Below, one piece after another: positions 52,453 to 64,000 of a DNA stretch of 64,000 nucleotides; the first letter of the stretch is position 1; each line of letters starts with the position of its first letter. A program made the position numbers and the translations under genes. The notes below the pieces were generated by a model that made no database searches, was not told the DNA's origin, and was given only the letters and a program-made list of their open reading frames with translations. The stretch is from Octopus sinensis (lineage: Eukaryota). The stretch covers positions 5,766,001-5,830,000 of the forward strand of contig NC_043025.1 in NCBI RefSeq assembly GCF_006345805.1. The letters run 5' to 3'.

Positions 52453-52638
52453 CTGCCACATGGCTCTCTACCCGATGGTGACATTTACGGCGGCAGTCCT
52501 CTTCTGTATCATAACGATTACCATTGCCTCCACAACCACCATACCAGAATTGCTGACAAGTTGAGCTTGCCCTGTCATAAAACCACTTGATGGTATGATC
52601 ACTACATGTGCCGCTGTCCTTGTCAGAAATGCAGTCAC
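52453..52638 (-). CDS. PAPLN: Papilin-like exon, Kunitz domain 1 (DCISDKDSGTCSDHTIKWFYD...FWYGGCGGNGNRYDTEEDCRRKC)
   Basis: 186 nt, phase 1-1, canonical ag/gt, six-Cys BPTI/Kunitz pattern. Confidence 0.92.
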
Positions 52639-53828
52639 CTGTGCAACAACAAAAGGTAAACATTATTAGTTAAATTAAGATTTTCATGCACAGACAATGT
52701 TTTAGGAAATACTAGCAGTATCGCCCGGCGTTGCTCGGATTTGTAATGGAAATAACTATATAAGCATTTTTAGAGAGTTACTTCCTTTATATAAACCAAG
52801 CAAAAAATGCATTAAAAATGCGGAAAAATGATGGTAAATTTTTTTTAAATCGTAGACTCATCGTAGACGTGTGCTAATACCCAAAAGGGCTCGATATGAA
52901 TCACGACTATAAGATACTGACCCCAGTGCGTAACTGGTACTTATTTAATTGAGCTCGAAATGATGAAAGGCAAAGTCGATCTTGGCAGAATTTGAACTCA
53001 GAACGTGGTTAAACTGCACCGCAAAATGTGGGAGTAGTTAGGAATCTAAATCGGAGTTGACAGACACACACACAACTTCAGTTTTATATATAAAGATAAA
53101 TGCAATGCAGTTAACGAGCAATTTAAAGGATGACAGGTAATGTTTACCTTGGAAAAAGTAGAACTTAGAATGGAAAGATGGACAAAATGCTGCCAAGGCG
53201 CAGGGGTTGCTGTGTGGTAAGTAGCTTGCTTTTGGAGGTGTGTGGCTTAGTGGTTAGTGTGATGAACTTATGATCGTAAGGTTGTGGTTCTGATCCCTGG
53301 ACCGGGCGATGCGTTGTATTCTTGAGCAAAACACTTCATTTTCACATTGCTCCAGTCCACTCAGCTGGCAAAAATGAATAATCCTGTGACTGACCAGCGT
53401 CCCATCCAGGTGGGGAATTTCCATGCCACTGAAACCGAGAAACTGACCCCTACGAGCCTGGCATGGCTCGAGAAGGAACATTTATTTTATTTTATGTAAG
53501 TAGCTTGCTTACCAACCAAATGGTTTTGGGTTCAGCTCTACTACATGGTACCATGGGCAAGTATTTTCTACTATAGCCTCGGGCCAACCAAAGCCTTGTG
53601 ATTGAATTTGGTAGACGGAAACTGAAATAAGCCTGTCATATATATATATATACATATATATATATACATATATATATATACACATATACATATATACATA
53701 TACATATATACACATATATATATATATAAATATATATATATACATTTACATATATACATATACACATATTATATATATAAATATATATATATACATATAC
53801 ATATATACATATATATATATACATATAC

Positions 53829-53874
<46 letters not shown>

Positions 53875-53926
53875 ATATACATATACATATATATATATAC
53901 ATATACATATATATATATACATATAC

Positions 53927-53989
<63 letters not shown>

Positions 53990-54037
53990 CATATATATAT
54001 ATACATATATTTATATATACATATATATATACATACA

Positions 54038-54099
<62 letters not shown>

Positions 54100-54104
54100 C
54101 ATAT

Positions 54105-54149
<45 letters not shown>

Positions 54150-54156
54150 CATATTT

Positions 54157-54254
54157 GTGAATTGAAGAAATGGAGCTGAACGCAGATTGAACAGAAATCG
54201 TTTTATAAAACGATTTCTGTTCAATCTGCGTTCAGCTCCATTTCTTCAATTCAC
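54157..54254. repeat. Perfect 98-bp spacerless palindrome
   Basis: 49-bp arms centred on tttta|taaaa (54205/54206). Confidence 0.97.
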
Positions 54255-54525
54255 CAATAATGTTTTAATTTCAATTATCCGCACCAACGCACGGTTGCAA
54301 CACCATATGGTTGTACCTCCAACCGTGCTGTTTACTACTGTGATTTTTGCTACTAAGGTATCGGTTAAACTTTTGATTAATCTACTACAAGATTATTCAT
54401 CTTTCTATTTCACATAATATATACATACATATATATATATATATATATACTATATATATATACATATATATACTATATATATATACATATATATATATAC
54501 ATATATATACATATATATATTACAT

Positions 54526-54559
<34 letters not shown>

Positions 54560-54645
54560 ACATATATATATACATATATATACATATATATATACATATA
54601 TATACATACATATATATATATATACATACATATATACATATATAT

Positions 54646-54684
<39 letters not shown>

Positions 54685-54933
54685 CTATATATATATATAC
54701 ATATATATACATACATATATATATATATACATACATATATATATATATACATACATACATATATATATATACATACATATATATATATATACATACATAC
54801 ATATATATATATATACATATATACATATATATATATATATACATACATACATATTATATATACATACATACATATATATATATATACATACATATATATA
54901 TATATACATACATATATATATATATATATATAA

Positions 54934-55745
54934 GAAGCATCAGTTGTTGTGTGCAAGAGAGACGATTGCGCTGGTATGGTCATGTGGCGAGAATGGATGA
55001 AGATAGGTGTGTGAGAAAGTGCCAATCCCTAGCAGTTGAGGGAACCCGTGGAAGAGGTAGACCCAGGAAAACCTGGGACGAAGTGGTGAAGCACGACCTT
55101 CGGACGTTAGGTCTCACCATGGAAATGACTAGAGACCGAGACCTATGGAAGTATGCTGTGCGTGAGAAGACCCGGCAAGACTAGTGAAGCCATAATCCGT
55201 GGCCCCTACCTGGGACGTAGTCAGTCCACCTGTGCATACCTTCCTTCTTGTGACACTTGTGAAGACCTGTTGAGGCAAGTGAGAATCGAATCGAATCAAA
55301 TCAAATCAAATTGAACCAAATCAAAATAGATGAACATCAATGGAATTTGTCTCCTTGTGGTACCAGTGCCGGTGGCACATAAGAAAACCATCTGAACGTG
55401 ATCGTAGCCAGTACCGCAACGACTGGCCTCCGTGCTGAGGGCACGTAACAAACACCATCCGAGCGTGGCCGTCCGCCAGCCCCGTCTGGCACCTGTGTTG
55501 GTGGCACATAAGAAACGCCATCCGAGCGTGGCCGTCTGCCAGCCTCGTCTGGCACCTGTGTCGGTGGCACATAAAATCACCCACTACACTCTCGGAGTGG
55601 TTGGCGTTAGGAAGAGCATCCAGCTGTAGAAACACTGCCAGATCTGACTGGCCTGGTGCAGCCTTCGGGCTTGCCAGACCCCAGTTGAACCGTCCAACCC
55701 ATGCTAGCATGGAAAGCGGACGTTAAACGATGATGATGATGATGA
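54934..55745 (+). mobile_element. RTE-clade LINE 3' end with 3' UTR and (GAT)n tail
   Basis: [22 protein letters not shown]...[12 protein letters not shown]...*, then a UTR with internal tandem duplications ending ggacgttaaacgatgatgat. UTR-only relatives at about 42370-42740 (+), 62795-63105 (-) and 51415-51520 (+). Confidence 0.88.
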
Positions 55746-55981
55746 TATATATATATATATACATATACATACATACATATATAATATACATACATACATA
55801 CATATATATATATACATACATATATATATATAATACATACATATATATATACATACATATATACATACATATATATATAATACATACATACATATATATA
55901 TATATATACATACATATATATATATACATACATACATATATATATACATACATATATATATATATAATACATACATATATA

Positions 55982-56030
<49 letters not shown>

Positions 56031-56207
56031 ATACATACATATATATATACATACATATATATATACATACATACATATATATATACATACATACATATAT
56101 ATATATACATACATACATATATATATATACATACATACATAATATATATATATACATACATATATATATATACATACATATATATATATACATACATACA
56201 TACATAC

Positions 56208-56270
<63 letters not shown>

Positions 56271-56409
56271 TGTGTGTGTGTGTGGTAAGAAGCTTGCTTC
56301 CAAACCACATGGTTACCGCTTCAGTCCTACTCTGTGGCACCTTGGGCAAGTATTTTCTACTATAGCCTTGGTCCAACCAAAGCCTTGTGAATAGATTTTT
56401 CCGATGGCT

Positions 56410-56473
56410 GGATAACTGAAGACATAGCCCTCACGGATTTCCTCCTCGGCGTCCGAAACTCAGAGTCTTATCT
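56410..56473 (+). ncRNA. Hammerhead-like motif with imperfect stem II (family E)
   Basis: GGAUAA-CUGAAGA...GUCC-GAAA-CUCAGAG-UC-UUAUCU. Stems I and III pair; the base of stem II does not. Confidence 0.45.
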
Positions 56474-57272
56474 TGGCTACCGAATAATTGTCACATATTA
56501 CATTTACAGATAATTTCCTCTATTTACATAATATCGAGGTCTCTTTCATTCTTTTATTATCTTACCAGTTTTATCTTTATATATGTATATATATACTCTC
56601 TTTCTCTCTTTTACTTGTTTCAGTCATTTGACTGTGGCCATGCTGGAGCACCACCTTTAGTCGAGCAAATCGACCCCGGGACTTATTCTTTGTAAGCCCA
56701 GTACTTGTTCTATCGGTCTCTTTTTGCCGAACCGCTAAGTGACGGGGACGTAAACACACCAACATCGGTTGTCAAGCAATGCTTGGGGGACAAACACAGA
56801 CACACAAACACAGACATACATATACATATATACGACAGGCTTCTTTCAGTTTCCGTCTGCCAAATCCACTCACAAGGCATTGGTCGGCCCGGGGCTATAG
56901 CAGAAGACACTTGCCCAAGATGCCATGCAGTGGGACTGAACCTGGAACCGTGTGGTTGGTTACCAAGCTACTTACCACAGAGCCACTCCTGCGCCATATA
57001 TATATATATATATATATACACACATTTATATGTATATATATTTATGTGTGTGTGTTTTTGTGTCTTTATTTGTCCCCTTCCCATCACCTGACAACCAATG
57101 TTGGTGTGTTTCCATATCTGTAACTTAGCGGTTTGGCAAGAGACACCAACAGAATAAATAATAGACTTACAAAGTATGAGTCCTGGGATCTATTTCTTCA
57201 ACTAAAAAAAGCCCTTTAAGGTGGTGTTCCAGCATGGCCGCAGTCAAATGAATACACACACACACACACATG

Positions 57273-58047
57273 TCTTTATTACCCACAAGGGGCTAAACAC
57301 AGAGGGGACAAACGAGGACAGACAGACGGATTAAGTCGATTACATCAACCCCAGTGTGTAACTGGTACTTAATTTATCGACCGCGAAGGGATAAAAGGCA
57401 AAGTCGACCTCGGCGGATTTGAACTCGGAACGTAATGGCAGACGAAATACCTATTTCTTTATTACCCACAAGGGGCTAAACACAGAGGGGACAAACAAGG
57501 ACAGACAGACGGATTAAGTCGATTACATCAACCCCAGTGCGTAACTGGTACTTAATTTATCGACCCCGAAAGGATGAAAGGCAAAGTCGACCTCGGAGGA
57601 GTTTGAACTCAGAACGTAACGGCAGACGAAATACCTATTTCTTTATTACCCACAAGGGGCTAAACACAGAGGGGACAAACAAGGACAGACAGACGGATTA
57701 AGTCGATTACATCAACCCCAGTGCATAACTGGTACTTAATTTATCGACCCCGAAAGGCTGAAAGGCAAAGTCGACCTCGGCGGAATTTGAACTCAGAACG
57801 TAACGGCAGACGAAATACCTATTTCTTTATTACCCACAAGGGGCTAAACACAGAGGGGACAAACAAGGACAGACAGACGGATTAAGTCGATTACATCAAC
57901 CCCAGTGCGTAACTGGTACTTAATTTATCGACCCCGAAAGGATGAAAGGCAAAGTCGACCTCGGCGGAATTTGAACTCGGAACGTAACGGCAGACGAAAT
58001 ACCGCTAAGCATTTCGCCCGGTGTGCTAACGTTTCTGCCAGCTCGCC
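57273..58047 (-). mobile_element. tRNA-derived SINE family B: one head plus four tandem ~184-bp bodies
   Basis: Head ggcgagctggcagaaacgttagc...; body junctions at 57450, 57634 and 57818. Confidence 0.88.
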
Positions 58048-58112
58048 GCACACACATACAGCCACAGAGGCTTATACACATGCATGTATGATGAGACAAA
58101 AGTGATATTTAC

Positions 58113-58412
58113 CTTCTGCCACGGGATGAGGTTCACATCCGTAGTAGTTCGGTCCATGTGCAGCTCGTACTCCGTCACGACAGCATCCATATCGAGAACC
58201 CCTACATGTCTGTCTCTCTGGACAGCCAAGGCTATCTTGGCCCCGAGCTGCTGTTACACCATCAGCACAACATCCGTATCGTGTACCTGCACATCCGCCT
58301 ATCAAACGACATCCCTCATAATCGGGACCACGGGCGAATGTTACTCCATCTGGGCAACAGCCATAACTGGAAGCAGCACAAGTTCTTTCAGGGCATCCTT
58401 CCTTGTTTGGAC
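58113..58412 (-). CDS. PAPLN: Papilin-like exon with three CxxxxYGCCxDGVxxAxGxxxxGC repeats
   Basis: 300 nt with cttctag| acceptor and G|gtaaat donor. Translation (G)PNKEGCPERTCAASSYGCCPDGVTFARGPDYEGC...GCEPHPVAE. This repeat precedes the Kunitz domains in invertebrate papilins. Confidence 0.9.
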
Positions 58413-59282
58413 CTAGAAGAAGATTTGTGAAGAAACACGAAAAGAAATGAACAAATTATTATTTAATAAAATGATAATTCCAGGTGTATATAACTGGAAG
58501 CTATATTTGAGGTGCATTCGAGAAGATTTTTAGGAGTTGCAGTTACACCTGACCTAGATTATTGCAGATTTAGTACAGTAACCCTTCACCATATCATGGG
58601 TCACATATCATGGTTTATTATACAACCCTTTCGTTACCGTATTTATTTTGAGATGCTCTGTGTTTCTTTCAATTAATTTTAAATATAACAAAGAATTTAG
58701 TAAAATAACTTAGTTATCATTAAGCTAGTGTTAGGAACATAAATTGTGACCAAGGTTTGGCGGAAGATTTTAATTCAAAACTTATGAAAACAAGACATTT
58801 GTATTACAGAGCCAGAGGCTGTTTCGGCTGAGTTGGTATCAAAAGGATTAAAAATATCATGGTGACTTTAACCCTTTTGTTACCATATTTCTGTTGAGAT
58901 GCTCTGTGTTTCTTTCAATTAATTTTAAATATAACAAAGAATTTAGTGAAATAACTTAATAAGAGCCAGAGGTGGTTTCAGTTGGGTTGGTAATGAAAAG
59001 GTTAAGGTTACATTGATTCCTCTGCAGTGGCCAACCCTGTATATTAATGTAAATACAGGAAATGGGTGTGTAAACCTTGCAATGCAAAATTTTGGTTTAG
59101 ACAAGAAAGACATTTCAGGGGATAACTATGGCACTGTTCAAATGGAACAAAATTCTTTCACTCACGCCACGACACATCCTAAAAACACAGACTCTTCCAC
59201 TCAATCCAAACACATCTACTAAAACATCCTACAACACTGTTCTCAGATCACAACACTTGCTTCATTAAATGGAATGGTGTTC

Positions 59283-60845
59283 TAGTAGTGTTGTGGTGTG
59301 TTGTTAGGATGTTGTAGTAGTGTTGTGGGATGTTGTTAGGATGTTGTAGTAGTGTTGTGGGATGTTGTTAGGATGTTGTAGTAGTGTTGTGGGATGTTGT
59401 TAGGATGTTGTAGCAGTGTTGTGGGGTGTTGTTATGATGTTGTAGTAGTGTTGTGGTGTGTTGTTAGGATGTTGTAGTAGTGTTGTGGGATGTTGTTATG
59501 ATGTTGTAGTAGTGTTGTGGGATGTTGTTAGGATGTTGTAGTAGTGTTGTGGGATGTTGTTAGGATGTTGTAGTAGTGTTGTGGGATGTTGTTAGGATGT
59601 TGTAGTAGTGTTGTGGGATGTTGTTAGGATGTTGCAGTAGTGTTGAGGGATGTTGTTAGGATGTTGTAGTAGTGTTGTGGGATGTTGTTAGAATGTTGTA
59701 GTAGTGTTGTGGGATGTTGTTAGAATGTTGTAGGATGTTGTTAGGTGTTGCAGTAGTGTTGTGGGATGTTTTTAGGATGTTGTAGTAGTGTTGTGGGATG
59801 TTGTAGTAGTGTTGTGGGGGTGTTGTTAGGATGTTGTAAGGGTGTTGTGGGATGTTGTAGTAGTGTTGTGGGATGTTGTAGTAGTGTTGTGGGGGTGTTG
59901 TTAAGATGTTGTAGTAGTGTTGAGGGGTGTTGTTAGGATGTTGTAGTAATGTTGTGGGGTGTTGTTAGGATGTTGCAGTAGTGTTGTGGGATGTTTTTAG
60001 GATGTTGTAGTAGTGTTGTGGGATGTTGTAGTAGTGTTGTGGGGGTGTTGTTAGGATGTTGTAAGGGTGTTGTGGGATGTTGTAGTAGTGTTGTGGGATG
60101 TTGTAGTAGTGTTGTGGGGGTGTTGTTAAGATGTTGTAGTAGTGCTGAGGGGTGTTGTTAGGATGTTGTAGTAGTGTTGTGGGGTGTTGTTAGGATGTTG
60201 CATTATTGTTGCAGTAGTGTTGTGGGATGTTGTTAGGATGGCGTTGTAGTAGTGTTATGGTGTGTTGTTAGAATGGTGTTGTAGTAATGTTGTGAGCTGT
60301 TGTTAGGATGGTGTTGTAGTAGTGTTGTGAGGTGCTGCTAGGATGGTGTTGTAGTAGTGTTGTGAGATGTTGTTAGGATGGTGTGGTAGTAATGTTGTGA
60401 GGTGATGCTAGGATGGTGTTGTAGTAATGTTGTGAGGTGTTGCTAGAATGGTGTTGTAGTAATGTTGTGAGGTGTTGCTAGGATGGTGTTGTAGTAGTGT
60501 TGTGAGGTGTTGTTAGGATGGTGTTGTAGTAATGTTGTGAGGTGTTGCTAGGATGGTGTTGTAGTAATGTTGTGAGGTGTTGCTAGGATGGTGTTGTAGT
60601 AGTGTTGTGAGGTGTTGCTAGGATGGTGTTGTAGTAATGTTGTGAGGTGTTGCTAGGATGGTGTTGTAGTAATGTTGTGAGGTGTTGCTAGGATGGTGTT
60701 GTAGTAATGTTGTGAGGTGTTGCTAGGATGGTGTTGTATTAGTTTTGTGAGGTGTTGCTAGGATGGTATTGTAGTAGTGCTGTGAGGTGTTGTTAGGATG
60801 TGTTGTAGCAACGTTGTGAGGTGTTGTTGCAGTTGTGTTGTGGGA
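59283..60845. repeat. GT-rich minisatellite: a 32-bp unit switching to a 35-bp unit near 60240
   Basis: atgttgtagtagtgttgtgggatgttgttagg, then ggtgttgctaggatggtgttgtagtaatgttgtga. Confidence 0.92.
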
Positions 60846-61113
60846 CGGTGTGAGAAAAACCGTAACCAAGGGAAATAAACCCTATTTTACATGTTCTTTG
60901 GTTGACCCCTTCAAAATTAATTTCAGTTTTAGCATTTATGTCTGCAATTTTTTTTATTGTTGTTACTTAGGGAATTTGTCAGGGAACAGTTTCTAATTTA
61001 AATGTGAGTGGAAACTCTCCTACAAATGGTAAAGAGGATCCCCCATCCCTGATGAACCAGCTTCCTCATCAACAACAAGCACGCATGAAAAATGTATAAA
61101 GCTGCATATTCAC

Positions 61114-61167
61114 CCCGAGCAGGTGTTCGTCGATCGTCACAGCATCCATAACTGGTATCTGCACATC
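61114..61167 (-). CDS. PAPLN: Papilin-like exon, Cys-rich repeat (G)CADTSYGCCDDRRTPAR(G)
   Basis: 54 nt with caacag| acceptor and G|gtgaat donor. Splices in frame to the next exon, completing the repeat TPARGPNKEGCP. Confidence 0.8.
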
Positions 61168-61254
61168 CTGTTGAATAATAATAATTACAACAACAATTGT
61201 AATAATAGTAATAATGATAATAATGATAGCAATAACAACAATAACAATAATAGA

Positions 61255-61405
61255 TGCAAGTGTTCCCACTGATAAAAATATATCTGTAAAAGAATTTGAC
61301 AAATGAGGTACATATAATGACCTGCAAATTGAATACAAAAGAAGTGGCATCTTAAAGTAAGAACTGTTCCTGTTATTGTGGGTACCCTAGGTGTGATAAG
61401 AAATT
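61255..61405 (+). mobile_element. RLE LINE endonuclease fragment
   Basis: IDASVPTDKNISVKEFDK*...DLQIE...VPVIVGTLGVI. Confidence 0.7.
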
Positions 61406-61515
61406 GATGGCTTCTGATCTTGACTAATTTTAACTAAGTTTTATTCTGTATGTGTTTTGTCTTGGTGTAAAAGATGGGCTACAGCAAATATTCTGCTCAA
61501 TACCACAGATTTGCT

Positions 61516-62505
61516 AATGCCCTGTTGCAGTACCAGGCAGTGGCTCTCATGGCTTCTGATCTTAACTGATTGGAAGTGTTATCATGTACATTGTTTTGTC
61601 TTGGTATAAAAGATGGCCTACAGCAAATATTCTACACAATACCACAGATTTGCTAATACCCTGATGCAGTACCAGGCAGTGGCTCTTATGGCTTCTGATC
61701 TTAACTGATTGGAAGTGTTATCATGTACATTGTTTTGTCTTGGTATAAAAGATGGGCCACAGCAAATATTCTGCTCAATACCACAGATTTGCTAATGCCC
61801 TGTTGCAGTACCAGGCAGTGGCTCTCATGGCTTCTGATCTTAACTGATTGGAAGTGTTATCATGTACATTGTTTTGTCTTGGTATAAAAGATGGGCCACA
61901 GTAAATATTCTGCTCAATACCACAGATTTGCTAATGCCCTGATGCAGTACCAGGCAGTGGCTCTCATGGCTTCTGATCTTAACTGATTGGAAGTGTTATC
62001 ATGTACATTGTTTTGTCTTGGTATAAAAGATGGGCCACAGCAATATTCTGCTCAATACACAGATTTGCTAATGCCCTGATGCAGTACCAGGCAGTGGCTC
62101 TCATAGCTTCTGATCTTAACTGATTGGAAGTGTTATCATGTACATTGTTTTGTCTTGGTATAAAAGATGGGCCACAGTAAATATTCTGCTCAATACCACA
62201 GATTTGCTAATGCCCTGATGCAGTACCAGGCAGTGGCTCTCATGGCTTCTGATCTTAACTGATTGGAAGTGTTATCATGTACATTGTTTTGTCTTGGTAT
62301 AAAAGATGGACCACAGCAAATATTCTGTTCAATGCCACAGATTTGCTAATGCCCTGATGCAGTACCAGGCAGTGGCTCTCATAGCTTCTGATCTTAACTG
62401 ATTGGAAGTGTTATCATGTACATTGTTTTGTCTTGGTATAAAAGATGGGCTACAGCAAATATTCTGCTCAATACCACAGATTTGCTAATGCCCTGATGCA
62501 GCACC
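61516..62505. repeat. 139-bp tandem satellite (7 full units plus partials)
   Basis: Unit starts at 61516, 61655, 61794, 61933, 62070, 62209, 62348 and 62487. The unit equals one end of the 560-bp element. Confidence 0.95.
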
Positions 62506-63124
62506 ATGGAAAAACAGATGTTAAATGATGAGGATGATGATAACGATATATATATATAGATATCAATTTGTGTGTGTGCCTTTGTGTCTGTTTGTCCCCC
62601 ATCGCCACTTGATAACTGGTGTTGGTGTGTTTACATCCCCATAAGTTGGAGTTGATTTGTTTGACTAAAAAAGCAGTGCCCCAGCATGACCACAGTCGAA
62701 TGAATGAAACAAATAAAAAGTAAAAGATAAAAGATATTGCAAATGAATGGCTTAGACTTGCCTAAAACCGATCTAAGGTAGGTCAACACAATCATCATCA
62801 TCATAATCATCATCATTTAACGTCCGTTTTCCATGCTGGCATGGGTTGGACAGTTCAACAGGGTCTGGGAAGCTGGGAGGCTGCATCAGGCTCCAGTCTG
62901 ATCTGGTAGTGTTTCTACAGCTGGATGCCCTTCCCAACGCCAACCACTCCATGAGTGTAGTGGGTGCTTTTTACGTGTGCCACCAGCACAGGGGCCAGAG
63001 GAGGCTGGCAACGACCACGATCGGTTGGAGCTTTTTACGTGCCCCTGGCACGGATTGGTTAGTGCTTTTTACATGCCACCAAGGTACCAAAAGTGCTACA
63101 TTGGAAACTAAATAGGGTCTGGAA

Positions 63125-63451
63125 CAGTGGTTCTCAAATGGGGTCCATATAAGATTTTTGGGAGTCCATGCAACAAAATAGTAAACTGAGGATCCACAAT
63201 AGAATTTTAAGGGCCCCTGAAAAAGTTTTGCTGTAGTTGTATCTGTTGGTATGTATTGCAAGAAACAGCTGGGTTGCTTTAACATTTTTATATAGTTCAA
63301 CCTACACAAGTTAATGTGTGGAAAACAAAATAGGAATTTTGAAAGAAGTTTCTATAAAACTAGTTTTTAAACATTGGATAGCTAAGGGGGTCAACCAGAA
63401 TGAAATAGTAATCAAAGGGGTCCGTAGATAAGAAATGGTTGAGAACCCCTG
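63125..63451 (+). mobile_element. hAT (Charlie-like) MITE, followed by tandem re-duplications of its 3' half to the window end
   Basis: TIR cagtggttctcaaa / ttgagaacccctg; flanks resemble nTCTAGAn. Confidence 0.7.
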
Positions 63452-64000
63452 CTTTAGATGTATGTATTGGTTATGTATTGCAAGAAACAGCCGGGTTTCT
63501 TTCTCCAACATTTTCCATAGTTCAACCTACACAAGTTGATGTGTGAAAAACAAAATATGAATTTTGAAAGAAGTTTCTATAAAACTAGTTTTTAAACATT
63601 GAATGGCTATGGAGGTGGGGTCCACCAGAATGAAATAGTAATCAGAGGGGTCCATAGATAAGAAATAGTTTCCTTCTCTAACATTTTCCATTGTTCAACC
63701 TACACAAGTTAATGTGTGAAAAACAAAATAGGAATTTTGAAAGAAGTTTCTATAAAACTAGTTTTTAAACATTGGATAGCTAAGGGGGTCAACCAGAATG
63801 AAATAGTAATCAAAGGGGTCCGTAGATAAGAAATGGTTGAGAACCCCTGCTTTAGATGTATGTATTGGTTATGTATTGCAAGAAACAGCCGGGTTTCTTT
63901 CTCCAACATTTTCCATAGTTCAACCTACACAAGTTAATGTGTGGAAAACAAAATAGGAATTTTGAAAGAAGTTTCTATAAAACTAGTTTTTAAACATGGA

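Noticed and set aside
61040-61100. CTGATGA...GAAA upstream of the small papilin exon's donor region
   Set aside because: No stem I, II or III pairing.
61516-62505. CRISPR-like or ribozyme-containing array
   Set aside because: Units are contiguous with no unique spacers, and CUGAUGC has no GAAA partner, so there is no hammerhead.

Overview
Eukaryotic, repeat-saturated, AT-rich intronic DNA. The SINE families and microsatellite load suggest an octopus or other coleoid cephalopod (inference). Two genes lie on the minus strand. (1) MTO1 (mitochondrial tRNA U34 modification enzyme, GidA/MnmG family) has 7 consecutive in-phase exons between 29902 and 124; its 5' part is missing and its 3' end runs off the window. 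(2) A papilin-like gene has 5 in-phase exons between 61167 and 34166 (Cys-rich GCC repeats, then three Kunitz domains); its 3' exons are missing. A 100-N gap (31351-31450) separates the two incomplete genes. Introns are filled with tRNA-derived SINEs, RTE and restriction-like-endonuclease (R4/Dong-type) LINE fragments, a mariner relic, Helitron-like and piggyBac/hAT-type MITEs, mini- and microsatellites. The most notable unannotated signal is about nine minimal type I hammerhead-ribozyme-like motifs from several families, found by eye. They include a pair of ~300-nt structured elements showing compensatory changes (retrozyme/Penelope-like). Also notable: a ~533-bp tandem array with a polarity switch, a ~560-bp non-coding element that stacks with RLE LINEs in (TAA)n tracts and seeds a 139-bp satellite, and two perfect inverted repeats. 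Folds and alignments were done manually and need computational confirmation.
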